Counted from the first letter of the stretch, positions 25,963 to 35,166 are shown. The stretch: DNA of 40,814 bases from Candidatus Kaiserbacteria bacterium (GCA_019634005.1 JAHQWD010000003.1:133725-174538), one strand, 5' to 3'. The notes: a model not told the origin generated them from the letters alone. Translations and numbers: made by a program.

Positions 25963-25984
25963 AAGGCCCCACGGGGCCTTTTCT
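25963..25984 (+). terminator. Intrinsic terminator
   Basis: AAGGCCCC-AC-GGGGCCTT followed by TTCT. Confidence 0.75.
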
Positions 25985-26051
25985 AGTGCCTAATACATAT
26001 TTGAGGTATACTCCCTGTATCACCTGCACCCGCATGCGCAGGCTTTCTGCT

Positions 26052-28667
26052 ATGGCAAAAAAGAAAACAAAAACAGATGTAGGGTCAAAGGACGAGAAAA
26101 TCATCGTCCGAGGCGCCCGTACCCATAATCTAAAGAACGTCGATGTAGAGATGCCACGGAATAAGATGGTGGTGTTTACGGGCCTCTCTGGATCGGGTAA
26201 GTCTTCGCTCGCCTTTGATACAATTTTTGCCGAAGGACAGCGGCGGTACATAGAGTCTCTCTCTGCATATGCACGACAGTTCCTCCGACAAATGCAGAAA
26301 CCAGATGTGGATGAAATTGCAGGGCTTTCTCCAGCAATTTCTATTGACCAGAAGTCTGCGTCGAGGAATCCACGCTCAACAGTGGCGACCATCACAGAGA
26401 TCTATGACTATCTCCGTATTCTTTACGCACGGGTTGGACAACCATACTGTCTGGATACCGATGTGAAGATTGAGAAGCTTTCACAGGATGAGATCCTCGG
26501 CATCATCTTAAAATCTATTGAGACCAAAGAGGTAGAGAAGGCGAAAGTAATGGGTGTACCAATCTCTTCTGCAAGAGTATCTATTTTTGCCCCTGTGGTG
26601 GTGGGGAGAAAAGGGGAATACTATCAACTCCTCTACGATCTTCTTGGGAAGGGATATGAGACCGTAAAGATTGATGGGGAGGTGAAACAGCTTCGGGAGA
26701 AGATTGCACTTACCAAGACCAAGCGACATGACATCGATGTCCTTATCGATGAGATATATGTGAGTGAGTTCAAAGACTCTCCGAAGAGTGCAAAAGAAAG
26801 GCTCTCAGAGGCCGTAGAATTGGCTCTAGCAGAGGCTGGAGGCATTGTGAAGGTAGAGAGTCCCGATGGCTCTGTACGTACGCTCTCAGCCAAATTTATC
26901 TGTCCTGCGGATGGTTCATCATTCCCTGAAGTGGAACCACGTCTTTTCTCTTTTAATTCTCCCTATGGAGCGTGTGAGGAGTGTAATGGATTGGGTACGG
27001 TTGGTATTTTCCAGACGGATGAGTGTCCAGAGTGTAATGGAGCACGTCTTCGCAAAGAGGCACTTCGTGTATATATCGGTGGGTCTGGAAAAGACCTTGG
27101 AAAGAATATCGTGGACTTCACCAACATGACGGTGAAGGAAGCGTCAGATTTTGTTGCGTCTTTGAAACTATCCAAGAAAGATCAGGAGATTGCATGGCCT
27201 GCACTCCGAGAGATCATCGAGCGTCTCGAGTTTATGAACAATGTGGGTATTGAGTACCTCACGCTGAACCGTCGAGCAAACACACTCTCTGGAGGAGAGG
27301 CGCAACGTATTCGTCTGGCATCACAGTTGGGAAGTGGATTGGTGGGGGCACTCTATGTGCTTGATGAGCCAACGATTGGACTCCATCAGCGAGATAACGA
27401 CCGTTTGATTAAAACGCTCACAGACCTTCGAGATCTTGGGAACACTATTCTTGTAGTGGAGCATGACGAAGATACTATCTTTGCTGCAGATTATATTGTA
27501 GATGTTGGTCCAGGCGCAGGTGTGCATGGGGGTGAGGTGGTGGTTGCAGACGACCTCGAGAAACTCCTTTCTGCAAAAACCAATCCATCAAAGTCTGTGA
27601 CCCTAGATTATCTCCGTGGAGACAAAAAGATCGAAATTCCAGAAAAGCGACGAGAATCGCAGAAGGGGGCGATTAAGATTCGTGGCGGGAAGGCATTTAA
27701 TATCAAAAACCTTAATATAGATATTCCACTCGGAAGACTGATTACCGTTACGGGTGTATCGGGGTCTGGAAAGTCCACCTTCATGTACGAGATCTTACAT
27801 AAAAATCTCCGTGCTCGTTTAGAGAAGAAGTATCGAACGGCAAAGACATATAATGTGAAGACAATTGATGGGACAGAGTATCTCGGACGTTCTGTCCTTA
27901 TCGACCAATCTCCAATTGGACGTACACCACGTTCTAATCCCGCAACGTATACAGGGGCGTTTACACATATTCGTGATATGTTTGCTGCGACCAGTGAGGC
28001 ACGTGCGCGTGGATGGAAGCCAGGGAGATTTTCTTTCAATGTCAAAGGAGGACGATGTGAGGCGTGTCAGGGAAATGGACAAATTGCGGTGGAGATGCAC
28101 TTTCTTCCAACGGTGTATGTCACCTGTGATGTCTGTGATGGGACACGGTTTACCAAGGAGACACTTGAGGTGAAGTACAAGGGAAAGAATATTCACGAAG
28201 TTCTTCATATGACCATTGAAGAGGCAGCAGACTTCTTTGTAGATGTGCCTGCTATCTATGAGCGTCTCAAGACGCTCCTTGATGTAGGACTTGGATACCT
28301 CGAGCTTGGACAGAGTGCGACCACTCTCTCTGGAGGAGAGGCACAGCGCGTGAAGGTAGCGTCAGAGTTGTATCGTCCACATACACAAAAAACTATCTAT
28401 CTACTTGATGAGCCAACCATTGGTCTTCACTACGAGGATGTGAAGAAACTCATTGAGATCCTTCAAGAGCTGGTGAATCGAGGAAATACCGTAATGGTGA
28501 TTGAGCATAACCTTGATCTTATTAAGTGTGCAGATTACGTTATTGATATAGGTCCTGAAGGAGGGGAAGGGGGTGGAAAGGTGGTAGCAAAAGGGACACC
28601 TGAGGAAGTTGCGGAAAGCAAGGACTCCCACACAGGAACGTATTTGAAAAAGATGTTGAAGAAGTAG
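26052..28667 (+). CDS. uvrA: Excinuclease ABC subunit A
   Basis: GARTHNLKN, GLSGSGKSS, EGQRRY, two LSGGEAQR signatures, GVSGSGKST, C-terminal Zn finger. Confidence 0.98.
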   Translation: MAKKKTKTDVGSKDEKIIVRGARTHNLKNVDVEMPRNKMVVFTGLSGSGKSSLAFDTIFAEGQRRYIESLSAYARQFLRQMQKPDVDEIAGLSPAISIDQKSASRNPRSTVATITEIYDYLRILYARVGQPYCLDTDVKIEKLSQDEILGIILKSIETKEVEKAKVMGVPISSARVSIFAPVVVGRKGEYYQLLYDLLGKGYETVKIDGEVKQLREKIALTKTKRHDIDVLIDEIYVSEFKDSPKSAKERLSEAVELALAEAGGIVKVESPDGSVRTLSAKFICPADGSSFPEVEPRLFSFNSPYGACEECNGLGTVGIFQTDECPECNGARLRKEALRVYIGGSGKDLGKNIVDFTNMTVKEASDFVASLKLSKKDQEIAWPALREIIERLEFMNNVGIEYLTLNRRANTLSGGEAQRIRLASQLGSGLVGALYVLDEPTIGLHQRDNDRLIKTLTDLRDLGNTILVVEHDEDTIFAADYIVDVGPGAGVHGGEVVVADDLEKLLSAKTNPSKSVTLDYLRGDKKIEIPEKRRESQKGAIKIRGGKAFNIKNLNIDIPLGRLITVTGVSGSGKSTFMYEILHKNLRARLEKKYRTAKTYNVKTIDGTEYLGRSVLIDQSPIGRTPRSNPATYTGAFTHIRDMFAATSEARARGWKPGRFSFNVKGGRCEACQGNGQIAVEMHFLPTVYVTCDVCDGTRFTKETLEVKYKGKNIHEVLHMTIEEAADFFVDVPAIYERLKTLLDVGLGYLELGQSATTLSGGEAQRVKVASELYRPHTQKTIYLLDEPTIGLHYEDVKKLIEILQELVNRGNTVMVIEHNLDLIKCADYVIDIGPEGGEGGGKVVAKGTPEEVAESKDSHTGTYLKKMLKK

Positions 28668-28741
28668 GTGGATTTTCTAAGAGTCTTCATCTATACTGAG
28701 CACTTAGAACGGCTCCACTAAGAAGATGAAGAGGTGTAGGA

Positions 28742-29056
28742 ATGGACGATGTTCGGAAGATGGCGGATATGACTACATCTTGTGTAGTCTTAAAGGTCTT
28801 TGATCGGCGGCGAAAGAGTATTTCGGTGCACGATATCAATTCCTGGCGGGAAGAATGTGTACGAGTCGCAAGCTTGTACTATTATCATCCAAGGCAGGAA
28901 CAGTATATACGTGAACATGAGCAAAGGGTGAGAGACACCATTGCTTCTCTAGAGCAGGGAGAGGTCCCTGAATGGCTTGAGAAAGCGGCGGCTTTCATCC
29001 AGCGCGAACTGGAAGAAGGGAAGGGTCCAATTTCCCGACTACTGGCACATACTTAG
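28742..29056 (+). CDS. Hypothetical protein (ORFan cassette)
   Basis: TATACT -10, GAGGTG SD, terminator downstream. Confidence 0.7.
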   Translation: MDDVRKMADMTTSCVVLKVFDRRRKSISVHDINSWREECVRVASLYYYHPRQEQYIREHEQRVRDTIASLEQGEVPEWLEKAAAFIQRELEEGKGPISRLLAHT

Positions 29057-29065
29057 GGTGCGGCC

Positions 29066-29097
29066 TAGAGCCCTGCGACAGCGGGGCTCTAACTTTT
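29066..29097 (+). terminator. Intrinsic terminator (GACA tetraloop)
   Basis: TAGAGCCCTGC-GACA-GCGGGGCTCTA followed by ACTTTT. Confidence 0.7.
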
Positions 29098-29150
29098 GAC
29101 AGGACACGTTATATGTAGTACTGTCACAAACATCTGGAAGGAGAAAACAG

Positions 29151-29411
29151 ATGCGCAAGACAGTTGTAGCTGGTGTGCTGAAGATGTTTCTCCGCACACC
29201 AGAAGAAGTTGAGGATCTCTATGAAGATATTGCCCTTCATTTGAATTGGGTCTATCAAAAGGAGAATGATTTTGTCTTCTTTTATGAGTCTGGGACACAA
29301 AAGCTAGTTGGCTTTCTAAAAGATGGAGAAAAAGAATTATTTGTCTTTCGAGAGGGACCGACTCAACATGATTGGTTATTTTTAGAGAAACGGTATATAC
29401 AGGTCTTGTGA
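29151..29411 (+). CDS. Hypothetical protein (ORFan cassette)
   Basis: TTGACA at 29096, AAGGAG SD, hairpin over the stop codon. Confidence 0.7.
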   Translation: MRKTVVAGVLKMFLRTPEEVEDLYEDIALHLNWVYQKENDFVFFYESGTQKLVGFLKDGEKELFVFREGPTQHDWLFLEKRYIQVL

Positions 29412-29436
29412 GGATGTTATTCACAAGACCTTTGTT
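29401..29436 (+). terminator. Intrinsic terminator overlapping a stop codon
   Basis: AGGTCTTGTGA-9nt-TCACAAGACCT followed by TTGTT. Confidence 0.65.
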
Positions 29437-29449
29437 GTATTCTTTGTAT

Positions 29450-30679
29450 ATGGAAAAGAAAGATCTCAAAAAGAACATTCCTGATACACCTGGCGTGTAT
29501 TTCTTTTTGGGTGCTCGGAAGGAGATTCTCTATATTGGAAAGGCCACTTCACTGCGGAACCGTGTCCAAAGCTATTTCTCTTCAGATATAAAAGAGAAGC
29601 GAAGTGAGCTTATTGAGAAAATGGTAATAGAGGCAAAGACAGTGGAATGGACCGAGACAGATTCTGTTCTTGAGGCACTCATTATGGAGACGAACCTTAT
29701 TCGTACGCATACACCTCGGTACAATACTGTCTCTAAGGATAATAAGAGTTTTAATCATTTGATCATCACCAAGGAAGAGTTTCCGCGGGTATTGGTAGTT
29801 CGCGGGAAAGATCTGGTGGAACAGTACGACGAAGGAGATATCCAGTATCACTTTGGTCCATTTCCAAGTGGAGGTCTCTTTCGAGAAGCACTCAAGATTA
29901 TCCAGCGCATCTTCCAGTTTTACGATACGCCACAGCCTGTTGGTAAGGAGAAGAGTAAGATGGCGAAAGGAAAAGTAGATTTCAATAGACAGATTGGGCT
30001 CTATCCAGATATGCAATCTAAAGAAGAGTATAAGAAGACCATTCGTCATATCAGGCTCTTTTTTGAAGGAAAGAAGAAACAGGTGATCAAAGAACTGGAG
30101 AAAGAGATGAAAGAGCTTGCAAAGAAAGAGCGGTTTGAGGAAGCGCAAGACGTAAAGAAAAAGATTTTTGCACTCCAGCACATACAGGATGTGGCGCTGA
30201 TTAAAGAAGACGCACGAGTGTATCGTGATGAAAAGAACGCGCGTATTGAAGGGTATGACGTAGCGCACCTCTCAGGAAAAGACATGGTCGGTGTAATGAC
30301 TGTTGTAGAAGGACTCACTCCGCAGAAGGAGGAGTATCGAAAGTTTAAGATTAAGACGGTTGATAAGTCTAATGATCCCGCAGCACTTAAAGAGATATTG
30401 GAACGGCGACTGACACACGTAGAGTGGCCATTACCACAGGTTATTGTAGTGGATGGAAGTACGGCACAAAAGAATGTAGCAGAGAAAGTCCTAAAAGAAG
30501 CTGGTGTTGTGATTCCTGTCATTGGTGTCGTAAAGAATGCGCAGCACAAGCCACAGCGCATTATTGGAAGTAGAGCACTCATTGAAAAGTATCACGACAG
30601 TATTCTTCTCGTGAACGCAGAAGCGCACAGATTTGCTATTTCATACCATCGGAAGAAACGGGGTGACATGCTAAAATAG
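29450..30679 (+). CDS. uvrC: Excinuclease ABC subunit C (short form)
   Basis: GIY-YIG (PGVY...YIGKA.SLRNRV.SYF), UVR domain (FEEA), RNase H-like domain (RIEGYDVAH, VDG, EAHRFA); no HhH tail. Confidence 0.92.
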   Translation: MEKKDLKKNIPDTPGVYFFLGARKEILYIGKATSLRNRVQSYFSSDIKEKRSELIEKMVIEAKTVEWTETDSVLEALIMETNLIRTHTPRYNTVSKDNKSFNHLIITKEEFPRVLVVRGKDLVEQYDEGDIQYHFGPFPSGGLFREALKIIQRIFQFYDTPQPVGKEKSKMAKGKVDFNRQIGLYPDMQSKEEYKKTIRHIRLFFEGKKKQVIKELEKEMKELAKKERFEEAQDVKKKIFALQHIQDVALIKEDARVYRDEKNARIEGYDVAHLSGKDMVGVMTVVEGLTPQKEEYRKFKIKTVDKSNDPAALKEILERRLTHVEWPLPQVIVVDGSTAQKNVAEKVLKEAGVVIPVIGVVKNAQHKPQRIIGSRALIEKYHDSILLVNAEAHRFAISYHRKKRGDMLK

Positions 30680-30683
30680 ACGC

Positions 30684-31658
30684 ATGTCAAAAATCCGTGT
30701 CGCTGTACTCCGTGGGGGACCCTCAGATGAATATGACCTTTCTATGCAAACAGGGAAGGCAGTTATTGATGCCCTAGATCCAGAACAGTTTGAGGTACTT
30801 GATGTCGTTGTTACCAAAAATGGAGAGTGGCTCTATGCAGGAAAGGCGCGGTTTCCAGAACAAATTCTTGCATCAGTAGATGTTGCCTTTGTGGCACTTC
30901 ACGGTGCATTTGGAGCAGATGGAAAGGTGCAGCGTCTCTTAGACCGTATGGGTATTCCATATACAGGGAGTAAGTCATATGCATCTGGTGTTGCGGTGAA
31001 TAAAGTGCTCACCAAGGATTTCTTGCGGGACAAGGGGATTAAAATGCCACCGCATATGGTGGTGTCTCAAGACTCGCTTCGGAACATTCACGGACTTTCA
31101 GAGAATATTGCATCTATGTTTGGTCCAGAGTATGTCATTAAGCCAGTAGACTCTGGATCATCCCTGGGCGCGATGATGGTACAGAATACTGCACTCCTAC
31201 CACAAGCACTGACTGATGCTTTAAATACATACCCACAGGTATTGGTGGAGAAGCGTATCCCTGGAAAGGAAGCAACCTGTGGTGTGGTGAATCGTTTCCG
31301 AGAGAAAAACGCGTATGTTCTCCCTGCAATCGAGGTACAGCCTGGAGCATCGGGAATCTATGATGCGGATGCGAAGCAGGATTGTGTCTCTCATGAGATG
31401 GTGCCAGGGAATTTTAGTTCTAAGCAGAAGCAAGAGCTTGAAAAACTCACCAAAGACATCCATGAGTACATGGGACTCTCCCAGTATTCTCGTTCGGATT
31501 TTGTGGTAGGGGATGATGGAGAGATATATTTCCTTGAGGTAAATACCCACCCGCAACTTACTCCCCAGACTTCTCTGGCTCGAGGTGTAGAGTCTGTTGG
31601 CTCCTCGTTTAAGGAGTTAATAGAACATCTTGTGCGTGATGCGTTAAGGAAACAGTAA
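30684..31658 (+). CDS. D-Ala-D-Ala ligase family ATP-grasp protein (divergent active site)
   Basis: GGPSDE, LHG.FG.DG..Q, IPYTGS, IKP...GSS.G, SRSDF, LEVNT.P. Confidence 0.88.
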   Translation: MSKIRVAVLRGGPSDEYDLSMQTGKAVIDALDPEQFEVLDVVVTKNGEWLYAGKARFPEQILASVDVAFVALHGAFGADGKVQRLLDRMGIPYTGSKSYASGVAVNKVLTKDFLRDKGIKMPPHMVVSQDSLRNIHGLSENIASMFGPEYVIKPVDSGSSLGAMMVQNTALLPQALTDALNTYPQVLVEKRIPGKEATCGVVNRFREKNAYVLPAIEVQPGASGIYDADAKQDCVSHEMVPGNFSSKQKQELEKLTKDIHEYMGLSQYSRSDFVVGDDGEIYFLEVNTHPQLTPQTSLARGVESVGSSFKELIEHLVRDALRKQ

Positions 31659-31660
31659 GC

Positions 31661-32296
31661 ATGCAAATCTTTATTGACCTCGATAACACTTTGTTTGATA
31701 CAGTACAATTAGGTCTTGATACAGCGTCTCTTTTGCAGAAGACCTATGACATTCCTCCAGAGATATATGAGCAAGCTCGTCAAGAAATGTTTGCCGATAA
31801 TAATAAGATTTATTCCGCAAAGTTACATGCCGAGTATATAGGGCAAAAGACAGAAGTGCCGAATAATTTTGTAGATATCTTTCTGGATCTATTTAGGAAT
31901 GAAGATTCCGAGAAATATGTATTTGATGGAGTCTTTGATTTTATTGCCGAATGCTCCAAATTAGGCACCGTACGCATCCTCACGTATGGAGAAGAATTTG
32001 TTCAAAGACCGCGATCATTAAAATCTGGAATTGCGAAGGTGGTGTCTGATGTCATTGTGACTCAAGATAACAAGGCAGATACTATTAAAGAATACTTCGG
32101 CAACGATGTACCCAAAGAAACCATAGTGCTAATTGATGACTCGGTAGAACACTTGGACGATATACAGCATGCTTTTCCAGACAGCCTTACAATCCATATC
32201 GACCATGGAGGTTCTCATAATAGGGAGAACGGTTCACATACATATGCGCAGTCATTTGATGAAATAGAGGCACTCCTACTTGAAAAGAGTACTTGA
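31661..32296 (+). CDS. HAD-superfamily hydrolase
   Basis: FIDLDNTLFD (motif I), ILTYG, K, LIDDS. Confidence 0.85.
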   Translation: MQIFIDLDNTLFDTVQLGLDTASLLQKTYDIPPEIYEQARQEMFADNNKIYSAKLHAEYIGQKTEVPNNFVDIFLDLFRNEDSEKYVFDGVFDFIAECSKLGTVRILTYGEEFVQRPRSLKSGIAKVVSDVIVTQDNKADTIKEYFGNDVPKETIVLIDDSVEHLDDIQHAFPDSLTIHIDHGGSHNRENGSHTYAQSFDEIEALLLEKST

Positions 32297-32321
32297 CCTA
32301 CACTCCCTCTACCCGTATTAT
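32293..32321 (+). promoter_or_regulatory. tRNA promoter
   Basis: TTGACC-17nt-TATTAT. Confidence 0.7.
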
Positions 32322-32338
32322 AGTGCCACCCCAAATAC

Positions 32339-32411
32339 GGGCCTGTAGCTCAATTGGTAGAGCGCCTCATTTGCACTGAGGAGGTAGCGGGTTCAAATCC
32401 TGTCAGGTCCA
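32339..32411 (+). tRNA. tRNA-Ala(UGC), CCA not encoded
   Basis: Acceptor GGGCCTG/CAGGTCC-A with G3:U70; anticodon arm CCTCA-TT-TGC-AC-TGAGG; T-loop GTTCAAATC. Confidence 0.97.
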
Positions 32412-32417
32412 CTAATT

Positions 32418-32448
32418 AGAAGACATCCCGCGAGGGGTGTTTTCTTTT
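32418..32448 (+). terminator. Intrinsic terminator after the tRNA
   Basis: AGAAGACATCCC-GCGA-GGGGTGTTTTCT followed by TTT. Confidence 0.8.
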
Positions 32449-32462
32449 GTTATACTTCAGAT

Positions 32463-32978
32463 ATGAAGCCTTTTTCGCAAGATATAATATTCTTTGATAC
32501 AGAGTTCTCTAGTCTCGATCCGTGTGAAGGGGAGATTCTTTCTATTGGGATGGTGAAATTAAGTGGTGAAGAATTTTATATTGAGCTTGAATATGATGGA
32601 GAAGTAAGTGAATGGGTAAAAGATAATATCCTCCACACACTAATTGCTCCGAAAGTGAGTCGAGAAGAAGCACAAAAGCAAATTAAAGAGTTTGTAGGAG
32701 AAGGAAAGCCGCATATTATGGCCTATGTGAATCAGTTTGATGCTATTTATACATACAAACTATTTGGTATAGATAACCACCCTTTCCACTGGCTGCCAAT
32801 TGATTTTGCATCAATGTTATTTGCACATGGTAAAGATCCTGAGATGTTGGTTGATCTCGAAAGAGCATGTAAAGAGTTTGGTATTGATCATACAAAATAT
32901 AAGCAACATCATGCTCTCGATGATGCGAAAGTCCTTAGAAAAATCTACTTAAAATTAGCCGACCAAAGCTCTAGTTAG
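32463..32978 (+). CDS. DEDDh 3'-5' exonuclease
   Basis: FFDTEF (Exo I), QFD (Exo II), HHALDDA (Exo III). Confidence 0.88.
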   Translation: MKPFSQDIIFFDTEFSSLDPCEGEILSIGMVKLSGEEFYIELEYDGEVSEWVKDNILHTLIAPKVSREEAQKQIKEFVGEGKPHIMAYVNQFDAIYTYKLFGIDNHPFHWLPIDFASMLFAHGKDPEMLVDLERACKEFGIDHTKYKQHHALDDAKVLRKIYLKLADQSSS

Positions 32979-33001
32979 CTTCTGGTTGATACACTATCCC
33001 T

Positions 33002-33727
33002 ATGAAAGTAATCGTTCAAAATCTAGCAACAGAATATAAAGATGAAGGCTCTGGCTCTGCATTTCTCTTGCTACACGGCTGGCAGGATTCTCTGAATACC
33101 TTTGATGAACTTGCAGAGAGACTAAAAGGTAAATACAGAATTGTTCGACTCGACATGCCTGGCTTTGGACAGACAGAGCCTCCGAAAACTGCGTGGGAAT
33201 TGCAAAACTATGTAGATTTCGTCTCTGCATTTATAGAAAAACTCGGTTTGGATGTTGCATACATTGGCGGGCACTCTTTCGGTGGACGTGTTGCTATCAA
33301 GGGGATCGCGATGGGTGTGTTTAGCCCAGAGAAGGTAGTACTTATGGACACAGCAGGGTTTGTGAAAAATACAACAGCAAAGAATAGGTTCATTACTCTT
33401 CTTGCGAAAGCGGGTAAAAAGTTTGTACCAGAGCGTCTTAAGAAGAAACTCTACGAGCGTATCGGAAGTGACTACTATGCGGCAGGAGCACTCAAAGAGA
33501 CATTTGTAAAAGTCATTAATGAAGACCTCAGTGAGTACGCCACACAGATACAGATTCCAACGCTTCTCATCTGGGGAGAAGATGATACTGCAACACCGCT
33601 TGCTGATGGGAAGCGATTCAATGAACTCATTAGAGGCTCAGAACTGAAGGTAATTGAAGACGCTGGACACTTTGTACACAGGGAGAAGCCAGAGAGTGTG
33701 GCAGAATATATAGAACGGTTTTTATGA
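33002..33727 (+). CDS. Alpha/beta hydrolase
   Basis: LLHGW, DMPGFG, GHSFGG nucleophile, WGEDD, AGHF. Confidence 0.93.
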   Translation: MKVIVQNLATEYKDEGSGSAFLLLHGWQDSLNTFDELAERLKGKYRIVRLDMPGFGQTEPPKTAWELQNYVDFVSAFIEKLGLDVAYIGGHSFGGRVAIKGIAMGVFSPEKVVLMDTAGFVKNTTAKNRFITLLAKAGKKFVPERLKKKLYERIGSDYYAAGALKETFVKVINEDLSEYATQIQIPTLLIWGEDDTATPLADGKRFNELIRGSELKVIEDAGHFVHREKPESVAEYIERFL

Positions 33728-35163
33728 TTAAGAAATTTCTGTCACGGTTTCATCCTCGCTTTGTGCGGTCACTTGTCTACATGCTACAGGCAAGCGAGTA
33801 TCACGTAGGGGAGTATATTCGCTGGTATAAGAGAGTAGAGGATTTCAGATGTGTAGAGAATAGAAAGAAACTTGTGTGGACACTAAAAAGTGCGGGACTC
33901 TACGTCATTGCATGGGTTCTCTTTTTCTTTCTTCTTGCACTCACTATTCCATTTCTTTTCTTCAAAGGAGGTGTTGGATATGTACTCTTTGTTATTGCAG
34001 TGATTCTCGTACCGTATGTCTTTCCGTATGTGCTGACAGTTCCGCTTCTTATTCTCCAGAATGTAATCCAGAGGCCGATAGAGTGGTTCATTGTGCGTAC
34101 GGCAACAAGGCTTCTCAAGAAACATAAGGGTATTAAGATTGGTATTGCAGGGTCATACGGAAAAACCAGCATGCGAGAGATTCTAAAGACAGTGCTTGAA
34201 ACAGATCTCACTGTTGCGGCACCTCCACATAGTTACAACACACCGCTGGGTATTAGTTCTTTTATCAAGACACTTACAGGAGATGAGCAAGTGCTCCTCT
34301 TTGAGATGGGAGAATACTATCCAGGAGATGTAAAAGAGTTATGTAAACTAGTACGACCAGATATTGGCATCATTACAGGAGTGAATGAGGCACACCTCGA
34401 GAAGTTTAAGACAATAGACCGAACACAAAAAACCATCTTCGAGCTTGCAGACTGGCTTGGCGGGACAAAGCCACTTTACATCAATGGGGAAAGTGATCAT
34501 GCAAAACGGTACGCAGAAGAGAATGGATACCTCAATACAAATACGTTTGTGTATTCGAGGGATGGTGTGGGAGATACAAAGGTTACAGAGAGTAACACAG
34601 GGCTTGGTGGTACGACGTTTACGCTCGGAAGAGAAGAATACACTTCAAAATTGCTGGGACTTCATCAGGTGGGACCACTTGCATGTGCAGTACAGGTCGC
34701 AGAACACCTTCGTGTGCCGAGTGAGAAGATAAGGGAAGGTATTTCAAGCACAGTACCATTTGAACATCGTCTTGAGCCAAAAACAGATTCTACAGGTGTC
34801 GTGACACTTGATGATAGTTACAATGGCAATCCGCAAGGTGTCGCTGCAGTGATCTCTTTCCTTGGCAGCCTTACAGGACATCGACGGTTATATGTAACTC
34901 CAGGACTTGTAGAGATGGGAGATCGTGCGGAGTTGGTACATAAGGACATTGGAAGACAACTTGCAAAGGCAGGAATAGAGCAGGTCATCCTTATCCGAAA
35001 CTCCGTGACACCGTTCATTGAAGCAGGACTTCAAGAAGCAAAGTATGGTGGAAAGATTACTTGGTATGACGAGGCGTTGAAAGCGTTTGAGGCACTTCCA
35101 CATTTGACCGTCTCTGGGGATGTCGTAGTATTACAAAATGATTGGCCAGATCAGTATCAATAA
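33724..35163 (+). CDS. murF: MurF-family Mur ligase with N-terminal TM helices
   Basis: GIAGSYGKTS, SYNTPLG, FEMG, HLE.F, HRL, DDSYNGNP.G, TPGLVEMG; adjacent to ddl. Confidence 0.85.
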   Translation: MIKKFLSRFHPRFVRSLVYMLQASEYHVGEYIRWYKRVEDFRCVENRKKLVWTLKSAGLYVIAWVLFFFLLALTIPFLFFKGGVGYVLFVIAVILVPYVFPYVLTVPLLILQNVIQRPIEWFIVRTATRLLKKHKGIKIGIAGSYGKTSMREILKTVLETDLTVAAPPHSYNTPLGISSFIKTLTGDEQVLLFEMGEYYPGDVKELCKLVRPDIGIITGVNEAHLEKFKTIDRTQKTIFELADWLGGTKPLYINGESDHAKRYAEENGYLNTNTFVYSRDGVGDTKVTESNTGLGGTTFTLGREEYTSKLLGLHQVGPLACAVQVAEHLRVPSEKIREGISSTVPFEHRLEPKTDSTGVVTLDDSYNGNPQGVAAVISFLGSLTGHRRLYVTPGLVEMGDRAELVHKDIGRQLAKAGIEQVILIRNSVTPFIEAGLQEAKYGGKITWYDEALKAFEALPHLTVSGDVVVLQNDWPDQYQ

Positions 35164-35166
35164 TTT

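Noticed and set aside
32339-32450. tRNA-Ala as an island integration site
   Set aside because: No integrase and no duplicated tRNA 3' end seen in the window
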